A stretch of 64,000 bases of DNA. Origin: Botryllus schlosseri. Its lineage: Eukaryota. The stretch lies in contig CM119378.1 in assembly GCA_051294905.1 (NCBI GenBank), positions 24,490,001-24,554,000 of the forward strand, written 5' to 3'. This document shows positions 26,111 to 38,534 of the stretch, in pieces. The notes beneath the pieces were generated by a model. That model was not told where the DNA came from. It saw only the letters and a list, made by a program, of their open reading frames with translations, and did not search any database. Position numbers and translations under genes: made by a program. Every line of letters starts with the position of its first letter. The stretch's first letter is position 1.

Positions 26111-26329
26111 GGGGGGGAGGATAGCAATTTACCATTTCGTTGCAATACGTTTCTTTCTGCGCTGTGATATTTATTTCCATTCTGTAAGGTTGTCGGAAAA
26201 GTATTTCATCCTTGATATGCTTAGTAAATATAGGTAGACACTAGACATACATGTTTGTTTACAGATGAAGACCGAACTAAGCTGTAGCATGTGACCTTGG
26301 CTCAAGAGGTTGAGAAGCTATGGAGGTTC

Positions 26330-26900
26330 CAACTGATAACAACACTGTGGATCAATGTTACTTTTTGCGTTGCAGGCTGTTCGCTTATGACAGGAATGAT
26401 GATTTTGGTAGAACGTCGTATGTCAGGAGTACAGAGTTACTAGAGTGGCCCAAATTTGGTTATGAACCAGTGAATTTTGAATTAATTCCACCACTCTCAA
26501 GATGCTCTATTGAGGCGTATTTCATTAAGTTTGGGAGAAAGGATGGATCGAAGACAGTGAAATCCTTGGAAAATGAAAAAAGTGATGTAATAAGGGATGT
26601 GCGTGAAGGCCTTCTCAGCTTTGTTGGTTGAGACTGTACACTATTTCACTGCCATTTTTAAAGCATCGATGAAGAGGCCTGTCAGTTATTGGAGCAAGAT
26701 CAGTTGTAAGAACAGTGGGGAACTTGTACGGCGAATGTGAATGGCCAAGAGGAAGCGGTCCAAATGCAACTTGCAAGCATTTATCATGCATGTCTTGCCC
26801 TGATGTTGCTGGACTATAAGCAGTTGAAGACTGTTGTTGTTCAAATTTCAAAGGCAAGCACAGAAACATTGCAAACGTCTCATCACCCTTCTCAAAGAAG
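26330..26900 (+). pseudogene. SWIM zinc-finger protein remnant, probably a DNA-transposon accessory ORF
   Basis: Across frameshifts: HFKASMKR...ECEWPRGSGPNATCKHL (SWIM-like CxC..CxH) and TETLQTSHHP (resembles CTxxLQxWHxP). Confidence 0.55.
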
Positions 26901-27299
26901 TTCAGGTATTACTTTATACTTTATATATATGGAAGGTTGATAACTTTCAGATATTTTTTCATTTACGTAAAATTCACAAAATCAGTGACATTTTTGGGAA
27001 CTCAATTTCCCCGAATGAAAACACTTCCGATAGCAAATTCACCGACTTTGTACGCAGCAAGACAATCAATCATTGCAGGACCTCAGGAACAGCGATATCT
27101 TTCAAATATATATTTGAGAGAGCAGACATGCATGCTGCAATGATTGATCACCATTATCTAGAAAGACCATTCGGTGAGTACTGGATTGATCAAGCTCTTG
27201 CTGTACGTATGATATTCCTCACGTCAATGCTTAATCACAATTATGTTGATATATTTCAAGTGCCCACCATAGAAAGCTGCAGGAATATTTGAGGCGACA

Positions 27300-30200
27300 A
27301 TCAAGCAACGCCAATCCCCTCGGTGGTATTTTAAAAGAAAGTGGCGATTGACCATGGTTTGGAGAAATCCTGTCGGCCACTGGTCGACTTGACATGTGGA
27401 AATTGTGCGAATCGAAGTACAACAACAATGATTCAAGATCAGATGCCAATAAACATGGAAGTTTGTATGAAACAGCAACACCTTAGTAACGGTTTGAATG
27501 GTGCCATGATGGTAGAAAGCCGGCCATAATGGGATATCTGGTTGACCAGCCCAAACCATGCACGTATATCTGCTATTTTTGTTGGCCGTGGGAAGCACTG
27601 TATTGCTTCTAAATATTTGGGCAGAGGGCGAACATTCTCAGCAGTAGTGTCGAATCGAAGCCGGCGAACTCGATGTGTCTGCGGCAGAACTGGAACTTGG
27701 AGGCGTTTAGGATGATACCTTCACGGCTCATTAATTCTAGCTAGTCAATCATTCGCCACCAGTGCGTGGCAAGGTCAGAGGACCGTGTCGTCCACGCACT
27801 TCGTTTTACATGGTGTGTCGGCAATGATGCTGTCGTAGCGGTAAGCGTACCCGTCGCCACTGGCCAGGTATCCCTGCGGGGCCACTCTATACCGATATAT
27901 CCCGAACTCAGTGATAAATGTCAGAAGGTCTATCCTCTTCACGCACGGGCACGAAATGGTAACCATTCCAGGCATCTGTGACAGACCTGTAAGTGTTTGG
28001 AGGAATCGAGCGTGCTTGTCTGAAAGGAGGCACAACATGGTGTGTTTCTCTAGAGCAGAAGCGGTTCAGCGATTGGAAGTCAACAACTCTCCTCGGCCTG
28101 CCATCTCTGCCTTGCGGACCGATATGGCCCTATGACACCAGGTTGTTGGCGTGTTCGGCTCCACGTTTTCAATCACCCTAATTTTACGTCCGCCTCCAAC
28201 TGCTTCTAAATTTCCTCTTTCCAATGAAGTGGAATGGGAGCCGGTGTGTGGACTGCCGTCGGTGTCGCCGACGGATCGATATGAATGGAAATAGGAAGCC
28301 CAGTCATGGTTGGCAGTGGGCTGTGTTTGCACTTGTTGAATGTGGATGATGCATACCTCTCAAGTAACCACTGCTTCGTTTTATCACCATTCTCCGCACA
28401 AGGCTGGATTAGCAGTTGCTGGGGGCGTGGAGGAGGGGTTGACCTCTGTGGGCAGCTACATGTTTGATGCGGGTTACCCTCAAGGGTTGACTCTCGTGTC
28501 GCGTGGAGTGCGGCTGCCCCAATTTGGGGAAATTCGGGCCCAATGACGCCCAACTTCTGCATGGCATCTCGACTAGGGTAGAAGAGTTTGGTAGAATCCG
28601 TAATGTATACCATCTCAGCGGTTTCTATGACATCATCAGAAACTGCTGCACCCGAAAGTCTCAGAAACACAGCGCCCAGGATGTGAATACACTCATCATT
28701 AGCTGCAACCATGCGTTTCTTCACCGGGATGAGACGCTGGTCTTTAAAGCCGCATGCTCGAAACAGTCAATCCCATCAAGGATGATTGTGCACCAGTGTC
28801 CGATATCGCCTTCATCTTCTTGGGCGTTATTTTGGGACGCTGGATATTGAACCTGGCATAATCGGCTTGCCGGGTGGAGACCGGGTGGAGACCAAAAGAT
28901 CAATGGTCGGTTGTGACTTGCAGTCTTTCAGCAACCAACCAACCGTATGTGCCATCGAATATGTATATGTGGTGGTCCCATATGACATCCGAAGCATGAG
29001 ATTCGACAGTGTTATTGGTACGGTTTGATACTGAAGCGATATTAATACTAGAAGCGGTGCCAGTACTAGGCGTCTCCGATTGTTTGCTTTGTCTCCAGCA
29101 GGCTAGACATTGTTCAAACTCGCGCAACCTCGGCCTACCAAACTTCCCATGCAAGAATTCATACTTCTTCATGACATTGCCACATTTGACGACTTGAGAG
29201 AGACCGGGCAAAGGCGTGCAAGTAGAAGTGCTGGCCGCAACGCTAGATTCATGCTGATTTCTCATTGTGGAGGAGGTGGCACGTAGAGCCAATTCCTTGT
29301 TTTCAATAATCTGGACAGTTTCGTCTAGCGATTTTGCATCGAGATTTGCAACACTAAGGACTTGCCGCTGAACCTCATCATCAGCCAGGCCAGCGATGAC
29401 AATGTGCTTAACAATTCTATCAGAAAAGTCATTGACTTGGGTGCAGTCAGGCATCGTGCAATTCATTTGAAACGAGCAAATTTTTGCAGACGCTTTCACC
29501 TCGGCTAGAAATGCACTGAAGGATTGTCCTTGATCCTGCTGGGCCGAAAATAGAGCAACGGTGCGCAATGCGCATGCTTGTGGCGATTTTGACAACTGCT
29601 AGAGATCCAATAGCTTTTAGCATATCACCTTCACTGACTTGTTTGAAGAGTTCGTTCGATAAAGTTATCTCACAGCATTGCCACAAGTGGCTCCTGATTA
29701 GATTGTCGGGAATCTCGGTCCCTTTTTTATAATCGCCCCATTTTCTGAGGAAGATTTGCCATTCCTCAGCAGTGGAGCCACGCGAAATGACGGGTCGTTC
29801 CATGACAGGTAGTCTCGAACGCGAGACAGGAGGACCTGTTGTGTGGCTCGTAGCATGGGTTGAGAGCTGTACGACGGCGCCGGTCGCATCTTCGGTTTCA
29901 GTCTCATAATTGCAGACTTGGAGTGGGCAAGAAAGCTTCGGCATTGTTAATCCGTATTAAGTTTGATCATGTGCAACTTTGCATTTATTCATAGGTTAAA
30001 TACCGTAATAAATGATCAAACTGAAATACAAAAGAACAGTTGCATCGACTAGCCTAATCCCTATTGCTCTAACAACTCACAAGACGTGGGTGCTAATCAG
30101 TGATGAGCGGATAGTGCTTTTCGAGACTCCGAATCTCTCCGACAACTTTATGTCTGAGGAAAACTCCCTCCGACTCCGAAGAGCTCAATCCCAGACTCCG

Positions 30201-30675
30201 AGATACTCCGAAGAATCTCGTCAAGTATCCGAAACATTGGCAAGCATGGTACACATGGCCTCATAGTATTGTTTACTCTCCAGTCCCCAATTACAGTGCA
30301 GATGGCTGATTTTTACGCACTTGGCAATCATTTTTGCATGTTACCCGTCATATTACAACTTTATAAGGTGTCAACTGTCTGTGTGTTGGTTTGCAATCAT
30401 AATCAATAGTGTATTCTGGTCAGAGCTATCCAAAGATATCGGAGACAAAAGGTACAATACTCCTAAAAATATCTGTAGTAAACTCCGACTCCGCTCCGAC
30501 TGTCACAAAATCGGCAAAACTCCGCTCCGAATCCACTCCGACTCCGCTCCGATGCTCATCACTGGTGCTAATACATACTTGCACACACGTCGCACAATCA
30601 CAAGAAGACGAGATCGCTCATGCGTTTAGGGAAACTATTAGAGAGAGAGATAGTAGCAAGAGATAATATCACACA
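27300..30675 (-). mobile_element. Degenerate Ty3/Gypsy: 5' LTR (split by a hAT MITE), gag, protease region, RT, RNase H start
   Basis: gag ORFs 29447-29944 and 28900-29595. RT remnants FITEFGIYRYRVAPQGYLASGDGY..KCVDDTVL, then GIILNASKFQFC..IEFAGF and WFGLVNQ. LTR ~30675-29970 reads TGTG...GCACA (~230 bp without the MITE). No 3' LTR found. Confidence 0.85.
30098..30564 (-). mobile_element. hAT MITE, deletion derivative of the 42751-45080 family
   Basis: TIR CAGTGATGAGC/GCTCATCACTG. Perfect TSD GTGCTAAT. Both ends match 42751-45080 in reverse. ctccga repeats. Confidence 0.92.
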
Positions 30676-30841
30676 TTTTTGAAGCGTCAAGTCATTGACT
30701 CGAGCCATCCCAAAACTGGAATGCAGCAGATAAAATGTTGATTGTTGAATAAAATTTTACAGCAGTAGTGTCGAATTAAAATAATACCACCAAATCCATA
30801 CCTTTGTTTTTCACTGGAACATATCTCATATCACTATAAAC

Positions 30842-32024
30842 CAGGGGTGGGCAAACTACGGCCCGCGGGCCGCATGCGGCCCGCAACACCGTTCTGTGCG
30901 GCCCGCGAGAGTCTAAAGAAACTTATTAAAAATATTGATAGAAAGCGTAGCCTACTAAAAATCGAATTAATGTAGGGACGTGATTAAATTTTTTCTTAGT
31001 ATATTTCACCATGATAATTATAAGGCATGATAATTATAAGGTTCTCAAACTGGGGTGCGCGCTCCCATCTGAAGGGGGTCGCGAAGCTGAGCTCAACTGT
31101 AATTTTTTTCGCGCTTCGCGCGATTTACATTCAATTCATAATTGTTGCTCTGTATTTAGTCTGAATTTCATATTTAAAAATCTCTCATCCACAGTCGTAA
31201 CCTTCCATGCCATCAAACTACCCGCTATGTTTGCTAGCATCCTGGTAGCGTTTTGTGATATGACGATAAGTGGGGCGCGAAATCTTTCACCATCATAAGG
31301 GGGGCGTGTCTTAAAAAGAACCACTGTTCTAAGTTGAATACTTTCTATATTATTTCTTATGTTTAATTTCTGGCGCGACAGCCCGATCTCAAGGCCCACG
31401 CAGTTTGAAAGGTTTCAACTGCTAAACACCACAGAAATCCTACACGACATTGACATAATTCGGATCACGAGTGTGATTTCAGATTGGCCACTCCAGTTTT
31501 AATTATTTCAGTGATGTGCTCACAAAAAACGATTCGCGCGTGTCTTAATTAGGTAAATTCGTTCTCTGTATGCGTAGAATTAGAGTATTTATATTTTATC
31601 TACACATATAGTAGAAGCGTGTTTGAAGCTAACATGGTTATGATGCTGTCAGCATTGTGTGTCCTGGAACTGACCCAAAAGCGGAATTAGTAAATCTATG
31701 AACAGATCGCTCTTCACATATTTAAATTTCAATCTTGTTCTAAGATTCGGGACAACCGACTTTCATCTCTATAGTTTTGACAAATTGGTTATTGAGGTCG
31801 ACCAGCCTATGAAATCTCGCCACTGTTTCTGACGTGTGTACGATATCATCAAAGCAATCTTTGGTTTGTTTTAAATAGGCATATATATTATCTCCATGTC
31901 CTCACTATATAATCAAACACCAATATTGGGTTTTGGTATATAATCTCAATTTTATATAGTGCGGCCCGCGAATGGATTCAGATGTTGAATGCGGCCCGCG
32001 AGCTCAAAAGTTTGCCCACCCCTG
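30842..32024 (+). mobile_element. Buster/Charlie-type hAT non-autonomous element
   Basis: TIR CAGGGGTGGGCAAACT/AGTTTGCCCACCCCTG. Perfect TSD CTATAAAC. GGCCCGCG subterminal motifs. Confidence 0.92.
31041..31326 (+). mobile_element. Nested ~290-bp hAT MITE (CAGTGGTTCTCAAAC family), copy 1
   Basis: Left end gttctcaaact, right end agaaccactg. Core ccttccatgccatcaaacta is shared with 40036 and 50592. Confidence 0.85.
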
Positions 32025-32711
32025 CTATAAACGGTGACGTTGGAATTTGTCAATTTGGTTTATCATTTTTCAATCACCAATCGGATTTCTCTGATTGCCG
32101 GGGACCTTTTGCGTCAAAAGTAATATCACAGATATTTGAATTATATCCATTGTGTAGCCTGTAGTGTATATATATTCCTAATGTAACTTACGTAAAACGG
32201 ATTTGCATTTTTTTCATCTATGAATAACTGAATGTCCATTCGGTCCAACAGAGTTTTCACTTTTTCGCCTTCTCAGAATTTGGTGTCAAGGTCACCGACG
32301 TGGTGCTAATGATGACTAAAGTGAAAACTCATATATTGACGTGATCTGCATTTGCTGTCTTGACTGAATATTATTGCGTGAAAGTATATTTTTCTTACTA
32401 GAAATTTCAACTTCTGTTTGAAATGTACTGGGTAATACAAACATTTTTGCATTTACTTGGAATTTCTTTGCGGGTCGGATGAGGTCGTCTGGCGGGTCAC
32501 ATCCTACCCGCGGGCAGTAGCCAGTAGGCTATGTATGTTTTACATTCCTGATTTACTCTTATAGCGGTATTTGGAGACTTGCAAAACTTCGCTTTGTTGA
32601 CTAAAATGTCCATCCCTCTCATATGGTATTATGTTATTGGTGACACCCCAGCTATTAAATAAATGATATATTTGTGTTTAAGCGGTTGCAAAGTTACTAA
32701 AAATATATTAA

Positions 32712-32954
32712 ATGGCCAATTGCTGTATCCCTGGCTGCTCATGGTCGACGGTAAAGGCAAAGGACTTGAATACGACGAGGTCATTTTTCAAAATACCACG
32801 TGTCGACTTGGCTAAAACTGACGAAGAAAGGTCACGCGGGGAAGAGCTTAGAAGGCTTGTTTTATCTATGCGAGATCCACACAAAGATGATAATATCAAG
32901 TGTCTCAGCTCAAAAAGGAGAGGTAAATATTTCGATCTCTTGTTGCTCAAGTAG
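32712..32954 (+). pseudogene. THAP-like zinc-finger N-terminus of a DNA transposase (truncated)
   Basis: MANCCIPGC...RSFFKIP pattern. The C-terminal C..HF of THAP is not intact. Confidence 0.55.
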
Positions 32955-32994
32955 GATGAATGATTATACATCATGTGGTAAATGGGGGGGGGGG

Positions 32995-33952
32995 GGGAGC
33001 GAGTGGCGCAGTGGGTTCATCATCATCATCATTGGTTTATTAGCAATTTTATAAGTTCAATACACCACAAAAATGCGATACAATGAAAAGAAAGGAAGAT
33101 GTCGAAGCGACGAGGAGTTGTCTATGGAATCGGACACCCACCTTGGCCTATGCGATGTAAAGAGGAGGTATGTACACTGAATGAAAGTAAAGAAGATAGT
33201 ATAGAAAAAGGAAGCGACAAGAAATAGGGCGGCATGCCATGGGAAGCGAGATCGATAGGTCAGTCGTGGTCCGGTAATCTTGAGGATGGACTGTATTTAT
33301 TTAGTAGTAATTGCTTGTATTTCGACTTGAATGTGGACATGCTCGTCGACTGCCGGATGACCGGCGGGATACTGTTCCACACATTAGGTCCGGCATATTT
33401 AATGGAGCGATGATCTTTTCGGTCGATCATATGATATTTGGACGACGTGGACGCGCGCGTGTTGTACTTGTGCGCTTTTGATTCAGAGGTAAAGAAGTCA
33501 TTGAAATATTCGGGGCAACGACCGCAGTGAAACTGATACATAAACTTGGCGATTTCTAGTTTCCGCCGCCAGCGTCACGACACCAATGGTTGTGGTTCGA
33601 ATCCCGGTTCGGACTAATTACTACGTGTCGGAGGTTATGTGGGCTCCTCATCGCCGACCTCACGGCTAAGCAGTGTCTTGAAAATCCCAGCTACAGTGAG
33701 CCGAGCTATAATTCGGTAGCAACAGAAACGATGATTAACTGATGAAGCATGCCTGAAATAGACTGAGAGAGTGCAAGAAGAAGGAAAAACTACAGCAAAG
33801 AAACGATGATACAGCGAGCGTGCCAGAGACTGCATGAGAGAGTGGAAGAACGTCAAAGACCCGGAAAAATGCAATTCCTTGTACTGTCCGCGTAATTATA
33901 ATGTCGTGGAGCACAAAGCCTTAACTTGGCTAAAAGCACCACCGTTGTGTCC
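32995..33952 (+). mobile_element. tRNA-derived SINE split by a LINE insertion
   Basis: A-box-like TGGCGCAGTGG at 33004-33014. B-box GGTTCGAATCC at ~33594. Removing 33018-33562 gives tRNA-like spacing. Related to the SINE at 42570-42742. Confidence 0.65.
33018..33562 (-). mobile_element. CR1/L2-group LINE 3' fragment
   Basis: KLEIAKFMYQ..PEYFNDFF..H.YNTR..SIKYAGPNVWNSIP..FKSKYK. 3' end aataaacc(aatg/atg)n tail. Confidence 0.85.
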
Positions 33953-33960
33953 TATAATAA

Positions 33961-34480
33961 TAGGCTTACCATACGTCCTCTTTTAAGAGGATTTGTCCTC
34001 TTTTTTGACTTTTTTGAAAGTGTCCTCGGAGGACGCCCTTTTGTCATCTTTTTTGAGATTTTGTCCTCTTTTTTAGGATTTAGAGCAGATTTAGAGCAAA
34101 TTGCGAGTGATATGCCACATATTAGCACAGACGTGAAGCTCCGACGGGTGAAAAACGGTGATTTTAGCTCTGAGCGAAAAGATGACCTTTTTTTTTTTTT
34201 TTTAGTCATCCACCTGGCAATGTGGGGAGAAAAACGGTATTTTGAGTTCTGAGCGGAAGAGATGACCTTTTTTTTTTAGTCATCCACCTGGCAATGTGGA
34301 GAGAAAAACGGTATTTTGAGTTCTGAGCAGAAGAGATGACCTTTTTTTTTTTTTTTTTTAGTTAACCAGTCACAAAGTGGGAAAAATTAACCGGTTTTTG
34401 AGAATTCTACTCCGATTTTGAAAGTTGGGAATTTATGAAAAAGTGTCCTCTTTTTAGATTTCCAAAATATGGTAAGCCTA
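33961..34480. mobile_element. hAT MITE with internal ~78-bp tandem repeats
   Basis: TIR TAGGCTTACCATA/TATGGTAAGCCTA. Perfect TSD TATAATAA. gtcctctttt subterminal motifs. Confidence 0.92.
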
Positions 34481-34546
34481 TATAATAATAATAATTAAAG
34501 CTTGGAAACTGGCAAATTTAACATGGCTTGTGGTAATGGAGCCAAG

Positions 34547-34956
34547 ACCGACATTTCATTGTAATTTCGAAGTCAACACATTATTGGGATTTTGTTTGTT
34601 GGTACTGGTGCTTGGAAATGCGACCAGAAACTGCTAAAAGTGAGGAAAATTGATATATTTATAAATGCGAACCATTCAATATCACCAAACAGAGTTAAAA
34701 AAAGTGGGTTTAGGAAGACTTCAACTGGAAACTGATGAGTCCGAGTCCAAGTCATTGTGTTGACTGATCAGTTTCCAGTTGAAGTCTTCCTAAACCCACT
34801 TTTTTAAACTCTGTTTGGTGATATTGAATGGTTCGCATTTATAAATATATCAATTTTCCTCACTTTTAGCAGTTTCTGGTCGCATTTCCAAGCACCAGTA
34901 CCAACAAACAAAATCCCAATAATGTGTTGACTTCGAAATTACAATGAAATGTCGGT
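34547..34956. repeat. 190-bp near-perfect inverted duplication with a 30-bp spacer
   Basis: 34547-34736 is the reverse complement of 34767-34956, with one visible mismatch. Confidence 0.95.
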
Positions 34957-35155
34957 ATTATGACTCGAGTCCGAGTCCAAGTCATGGTGTTGACTGGAGT
35001 CATAATACCATGACTCGGACTCGATCCTCTGTTCGCTGACTTGGACTCGAACTTGACTCGGTGGGAATTGAAAATGACGCGACTTGACTCGAGTCAAAAA
35101 TACAAAAGTGAGATTGACTTGTGACTCGTAGCCTTGTGACTTGGTTACAACCCTG
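34957..35155. mobile_element. Right end of a hAT-like MITE (gactcgagtc-repeat family); left TIR missing
   Basis: Ends gtgacttggttacaaccctg, identical to the end of 58273-58646. Confidence 0.75.
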
Positions 35156-36264
35156 TGTGTCAGCTTTGAAATATTGTGTTTTCTTAGTGTTCAAACAATA
35201 AGGATGCACATGTAACCCTGCTACACATGTGCCACTGCCGTATGTTTATGTCGGACAGCAGATATCCAGGAAAACTAAAATATCTAAATTATTTCCCGGA
35301 AAACCTTGGCGTAGTCAGCGATATGCATCTGAAGATGATGAGGGTAAGATACCAGGCTAAGTTGGAACTTACATATGTTAGGTGACTATTGCTCGAATAT
35401 CAAACGAGACAACCCACATAATTATGAGTTATTTGCGTGAATTTGGACCATGAAACTCTCACTTTATTTGCCTACCCTGCAGAAGCAATATCAGTTTGAA
35501 TCAACCAAATAAAGCAGTGCAAATGTTTATTTCGAGTCAATTGATTTACTTTTGACTGCTTGTGGTTTTTGAAACGTTTTATACACTAAACGCAAAATAT
35601 TAAAAGTGGTACTTGAATGTGGGTTATGAGACAATGTGGTAGGTGCCCAACCCGAAAACTTGACGTGACAGAAAACGGGAAATCATTTTTGAATTCAGTG
35701 ACATTTTTGAATTCAGCGCCTATAAGTTAGTCGAAATCAATTGTTAAAAATTGTGTTGACCAGTGTAATTCTACATATTACGGTCGCAGTATCTTTATCA
35801 ACAGCCTACTATTTCATTCAACAAATGGCAACTGACAGCCGAAACCGGGCCTTCGCATCATGATGCAATAGATAACACCACTCAATGGGAAAATCGGGAC
35901 ATCTCGAGTATAATCATCGCGCGTAGCCTTATCCAAGTGTATGCGTCGAGTTTAGCAGTTTTTTATCACACGATTAGAATCCTTCCGGATCAGCGAACTT
36001 AATAATATCCGCCTAAAATGCGTCCCGATTAGTAGTTTTCAATCACACGATTAGCATTCTCCTGATTCAGCAGACTTTAAGATCTCGACCCTAGTCATTA
36101 TTTGCTGCATCATCGGCTAATTCGGGGTAAGGATCGCCACAAAGCAATGACAATAGAATGTCAATGAAAAAAATGCATACGACTCAAAATCATATCAGTT
36201 CGGTTGTAATGAGGCGTAAAGAAACCCAATGCGTCATCATCCCTAATCCATTACGCTTTGTGCT

Positions 36265-37485
36265 TCAAGTTGCGTAGAAATGTATTATTCGGCTTGATTC
36301 CTTCACTCCTGTCCGATATCCACCATCGACTGTGCTAAATCTAGTACGGTGCATCGCCTCGCCCGCGAACAGAACTCTTGGCCTTCCGTTGACAGCAAGC
36401 GGGGCGGAGACGAGGCGTCTGTCATGCCTTCTTTGCCCGACCGGAATATAACTGTATGATCCCAAAAAGTTTTCATTCTCATGCCATCTCGTTACGAGGA
36501 CATCGTCTGGGTCGGGGATGGCGGTGTTTCGCAGAATTCTTCGTAGTAGAAAGGCTAAACGCACTCCAATTTCCGAGTCTGAGAGATCGGACACGGCTTC
36601 GGAAGAATACGCGTTCATCCAAAAAAGAATTGAATGGTTTGAGATATGCTGGATACTATAGAGATGCCGGAACCAATGTAAATCCGCTTTGTATTCACCT
36701 CTCCATGTATTTGAATTCCACAAAATAAAATTGAAGCAGGTATCGTTCTCCCAAAAGCCATGCTGATAATAAAGAAATACTTTATTCACCGTACCCATGC
36801 CCATCCTACCCAATGCCATCTTTTTGTGGTTTGGTAACTGCGGGATGAACATTGAGTGATGGTATTTTTGTAGTACTCCCAGTGATACAGTAACGATTAC
36901 GTGGTCGGCGTAAATTCTTTCCACAACGTTGTCGGCATCAATGCTTTCCACTAAAATGTGGTTGAGGTCTAGTTCCCGATCGGTCACATCTTGATTTTCC
37001 GATTCTCTGTCCCAGTGAATTCCGGTCACTTTTTTACCTAGTTTAACGACAGATGCTGGCATATCCTTCACTAAATACGAAATTAGCGACTTCGAATAAC
37101 CGGCAGGTATCGTGTAGTCGTGTCCATGTTCTTCAAAATAGTAATCCTCAAGAACGCTAACGTTTTGCGTAAGTTGACCTGCCATTATGGACCATATATT
37201 GTCGATGAAATTAAAAGTTGCGTCTGCGAGCGATTCGTCCAATAGACAGTTATTTTTCGGTAGAACTTTGTCCCACACTTTCCTCCCTGCTTCATTAATA
37301 GTTAATTGCCGGGGAACTAAAGGGTGTCTATCCGAGTAGCTATCCAGTTTCTGAATTGTTTCCTGTAGGCACAGGAGAAGACTTCTCTGGGTAGCTGCAT
37401 CTATCTTTATCCCGTTACTCGTATAGAAAACATCACCAGCAATGGTTCTCTTGGCCTTAACAACCTCGCTTTGTTTCGAAATGAT
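36265..37485 (-). CDS. Flavin amine oxidase (spermine/polyamine oxidase-like), large 3' exon (406 aa + stop)
   Basis: Acceptor ttcttAG|ATC at 37485 is in frame with ORF 36265-37278. Motifs DHVIVTVSLGVLQ, FIPQLP..K..GMGTVNKVFL..FW, TRWHENENFLGSYSY, VLFAGEA..FSTVDG..TGVKESSRI. Confidence 0.9.
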   Translation of the reverse strand: MISKQSEVVKAKRTIAGDVFYTSNGIKIDAATQRSLLLCLQETIQKLDSYSDRHPLVPRQLTINEAGRKVWDKVLPKNNCLLDESLADATFNFIDNIWSIMAGQLTQNVSVLEDYYFEEHGHDYTIPAGYSKSLISYLVKDMPASVVKLGKKVTGIHWDRESENQDVTDRELDLNHILVESIDADNVVERIYADHVIVTVSLGVLQKYHHSMFIPQLPNHKKMALGRMGMGTVNKVFLYYQHGFWENDTCFNFILWNSNTWRGEYKADLHWFRHLYSIQHISNHSILFWMNAYSSEAVSDLSDSEIGVRLAFLLRRILRNTAIPDPDDVLVTRWHENENFLGSYSYIPVGQRRHDRRLVSAPLAVNGRPRVLFAGEAMHRTRFSTVDGGYRTGVKESSRIIHFYAT

Positions 37486-37655
37486 CTAAGAACAGTTGCA
37501 ATGATAAATCTCTTGGGGAAATAATTGCGGATGTTAGTACAGTGGTTTTGAACTTTTTCAGCTTCTGGAACAATGGAAAAATTAAACTACTCCCTCCACA
37601 CTTGGGCCGAGAAAAGCTGCTTGAAAAAGATGGACGTGGTTGTTTATACGAAGAG

Positions 37656-37768
37656 TAGGGTTGTTCAGAATTGACCGACTTTCAAATGGTCTTATAGGTT
37701 TTCAGTCCGTTTCCCATGCCTAACACCTTAAAAAAATTCTGGCTACCTTTTTCTGTAATTCACCCCTG
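37656..37768 (+). mobile_element. ~120-bp hAT-like MITE; inverted sister copy at 39281-39401
   Basis: tagggttgttcagaattgaccgact...ctggctac...gtaattc.cccctg is present at both loci. No TSD seen. Confidence 0.65.
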
Positions 37769-38099
37769 CATGTTGCCGTTTTTTCATGCACCCAAAAATT
37801 TCTTCGGAATTAGGGATACCACGTTGTCAGTGACTCAAAAGGAATGGCATATCTTCCCATTGACTTGAAGCGCATGTTCTTGCGTTGATGAAGCGCTAGG
37901 CACGGCTGTGAAATGGGGATCATTGATTAGTCAGGTGTCTCGATGTTTGTTGTTGACGAACTGTGTTTACGATTGAGGTGCAGAACTTACCAGGCGGCTT
38001 TTTGACTCATGCCGTTAGCGAGTTCAGCACGCGATGAGTGATCATAACGCGATTAGCGATCATAGCATAGTATTATATCAGTATTCAACTATTTGATAT

Positions 38100-38330
38100 A
38101 ATAGACCTGGCACTCCTTTCCTTACTGGGATAGAAACAAAGCTTGGAAATGTCTATTCCAGTGACTTGGGAAACGTTTCCCAAGATATCAATATTGGGGT
38201 ATGAGTATTTCCAAGCATAACTATCTTCGATAATCTATAACTGGATGATCTAATCTGGCTATAGACCCTTGTGCAAGTTATGGAGTATGTGTTCGACCTC
38301 AGAGTCAATGGGTATGGTTGATTTGATTGG
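38100..38330 (-). pseudogene. Possible non-LTR RT N-terminal remnant
   Basis: SEVEHILHNL..PD and FP..VSIPVRKG fragments, with stops and frameshifts. Confidence 0.3.
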
Positions 38331-38534
38331 GCCAGAATCGTGGTTTCTATTTGATGCTATGCATGTGTAACATGATTGGTTGAGTCTTCGGAATGGCATA
38401 CTGATCCGGATTTCCTGACTGCTCAAGAGAGAGAGAGATATGATATTATTTTTCGCCTGCACCATCGAGATGCTTTGACGACTAAGTTGCGATACGGCCC
38501 AATGAGGTCATCTAGTCTGCGCCCCCGATTTTTT

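Noticed and set aside
27639-30775. 17-bp direct match cagcagtagtgtcgaat as a TSD
   Set aside because: One copy lies inside the RT coding region and the length is wrong for a Gypsy TSD; probably chance.
33926-34252. Lys/Phe-rich ORFs on both strands
   Set aside because: They arise from MITE subterminal repeats and T-runs.
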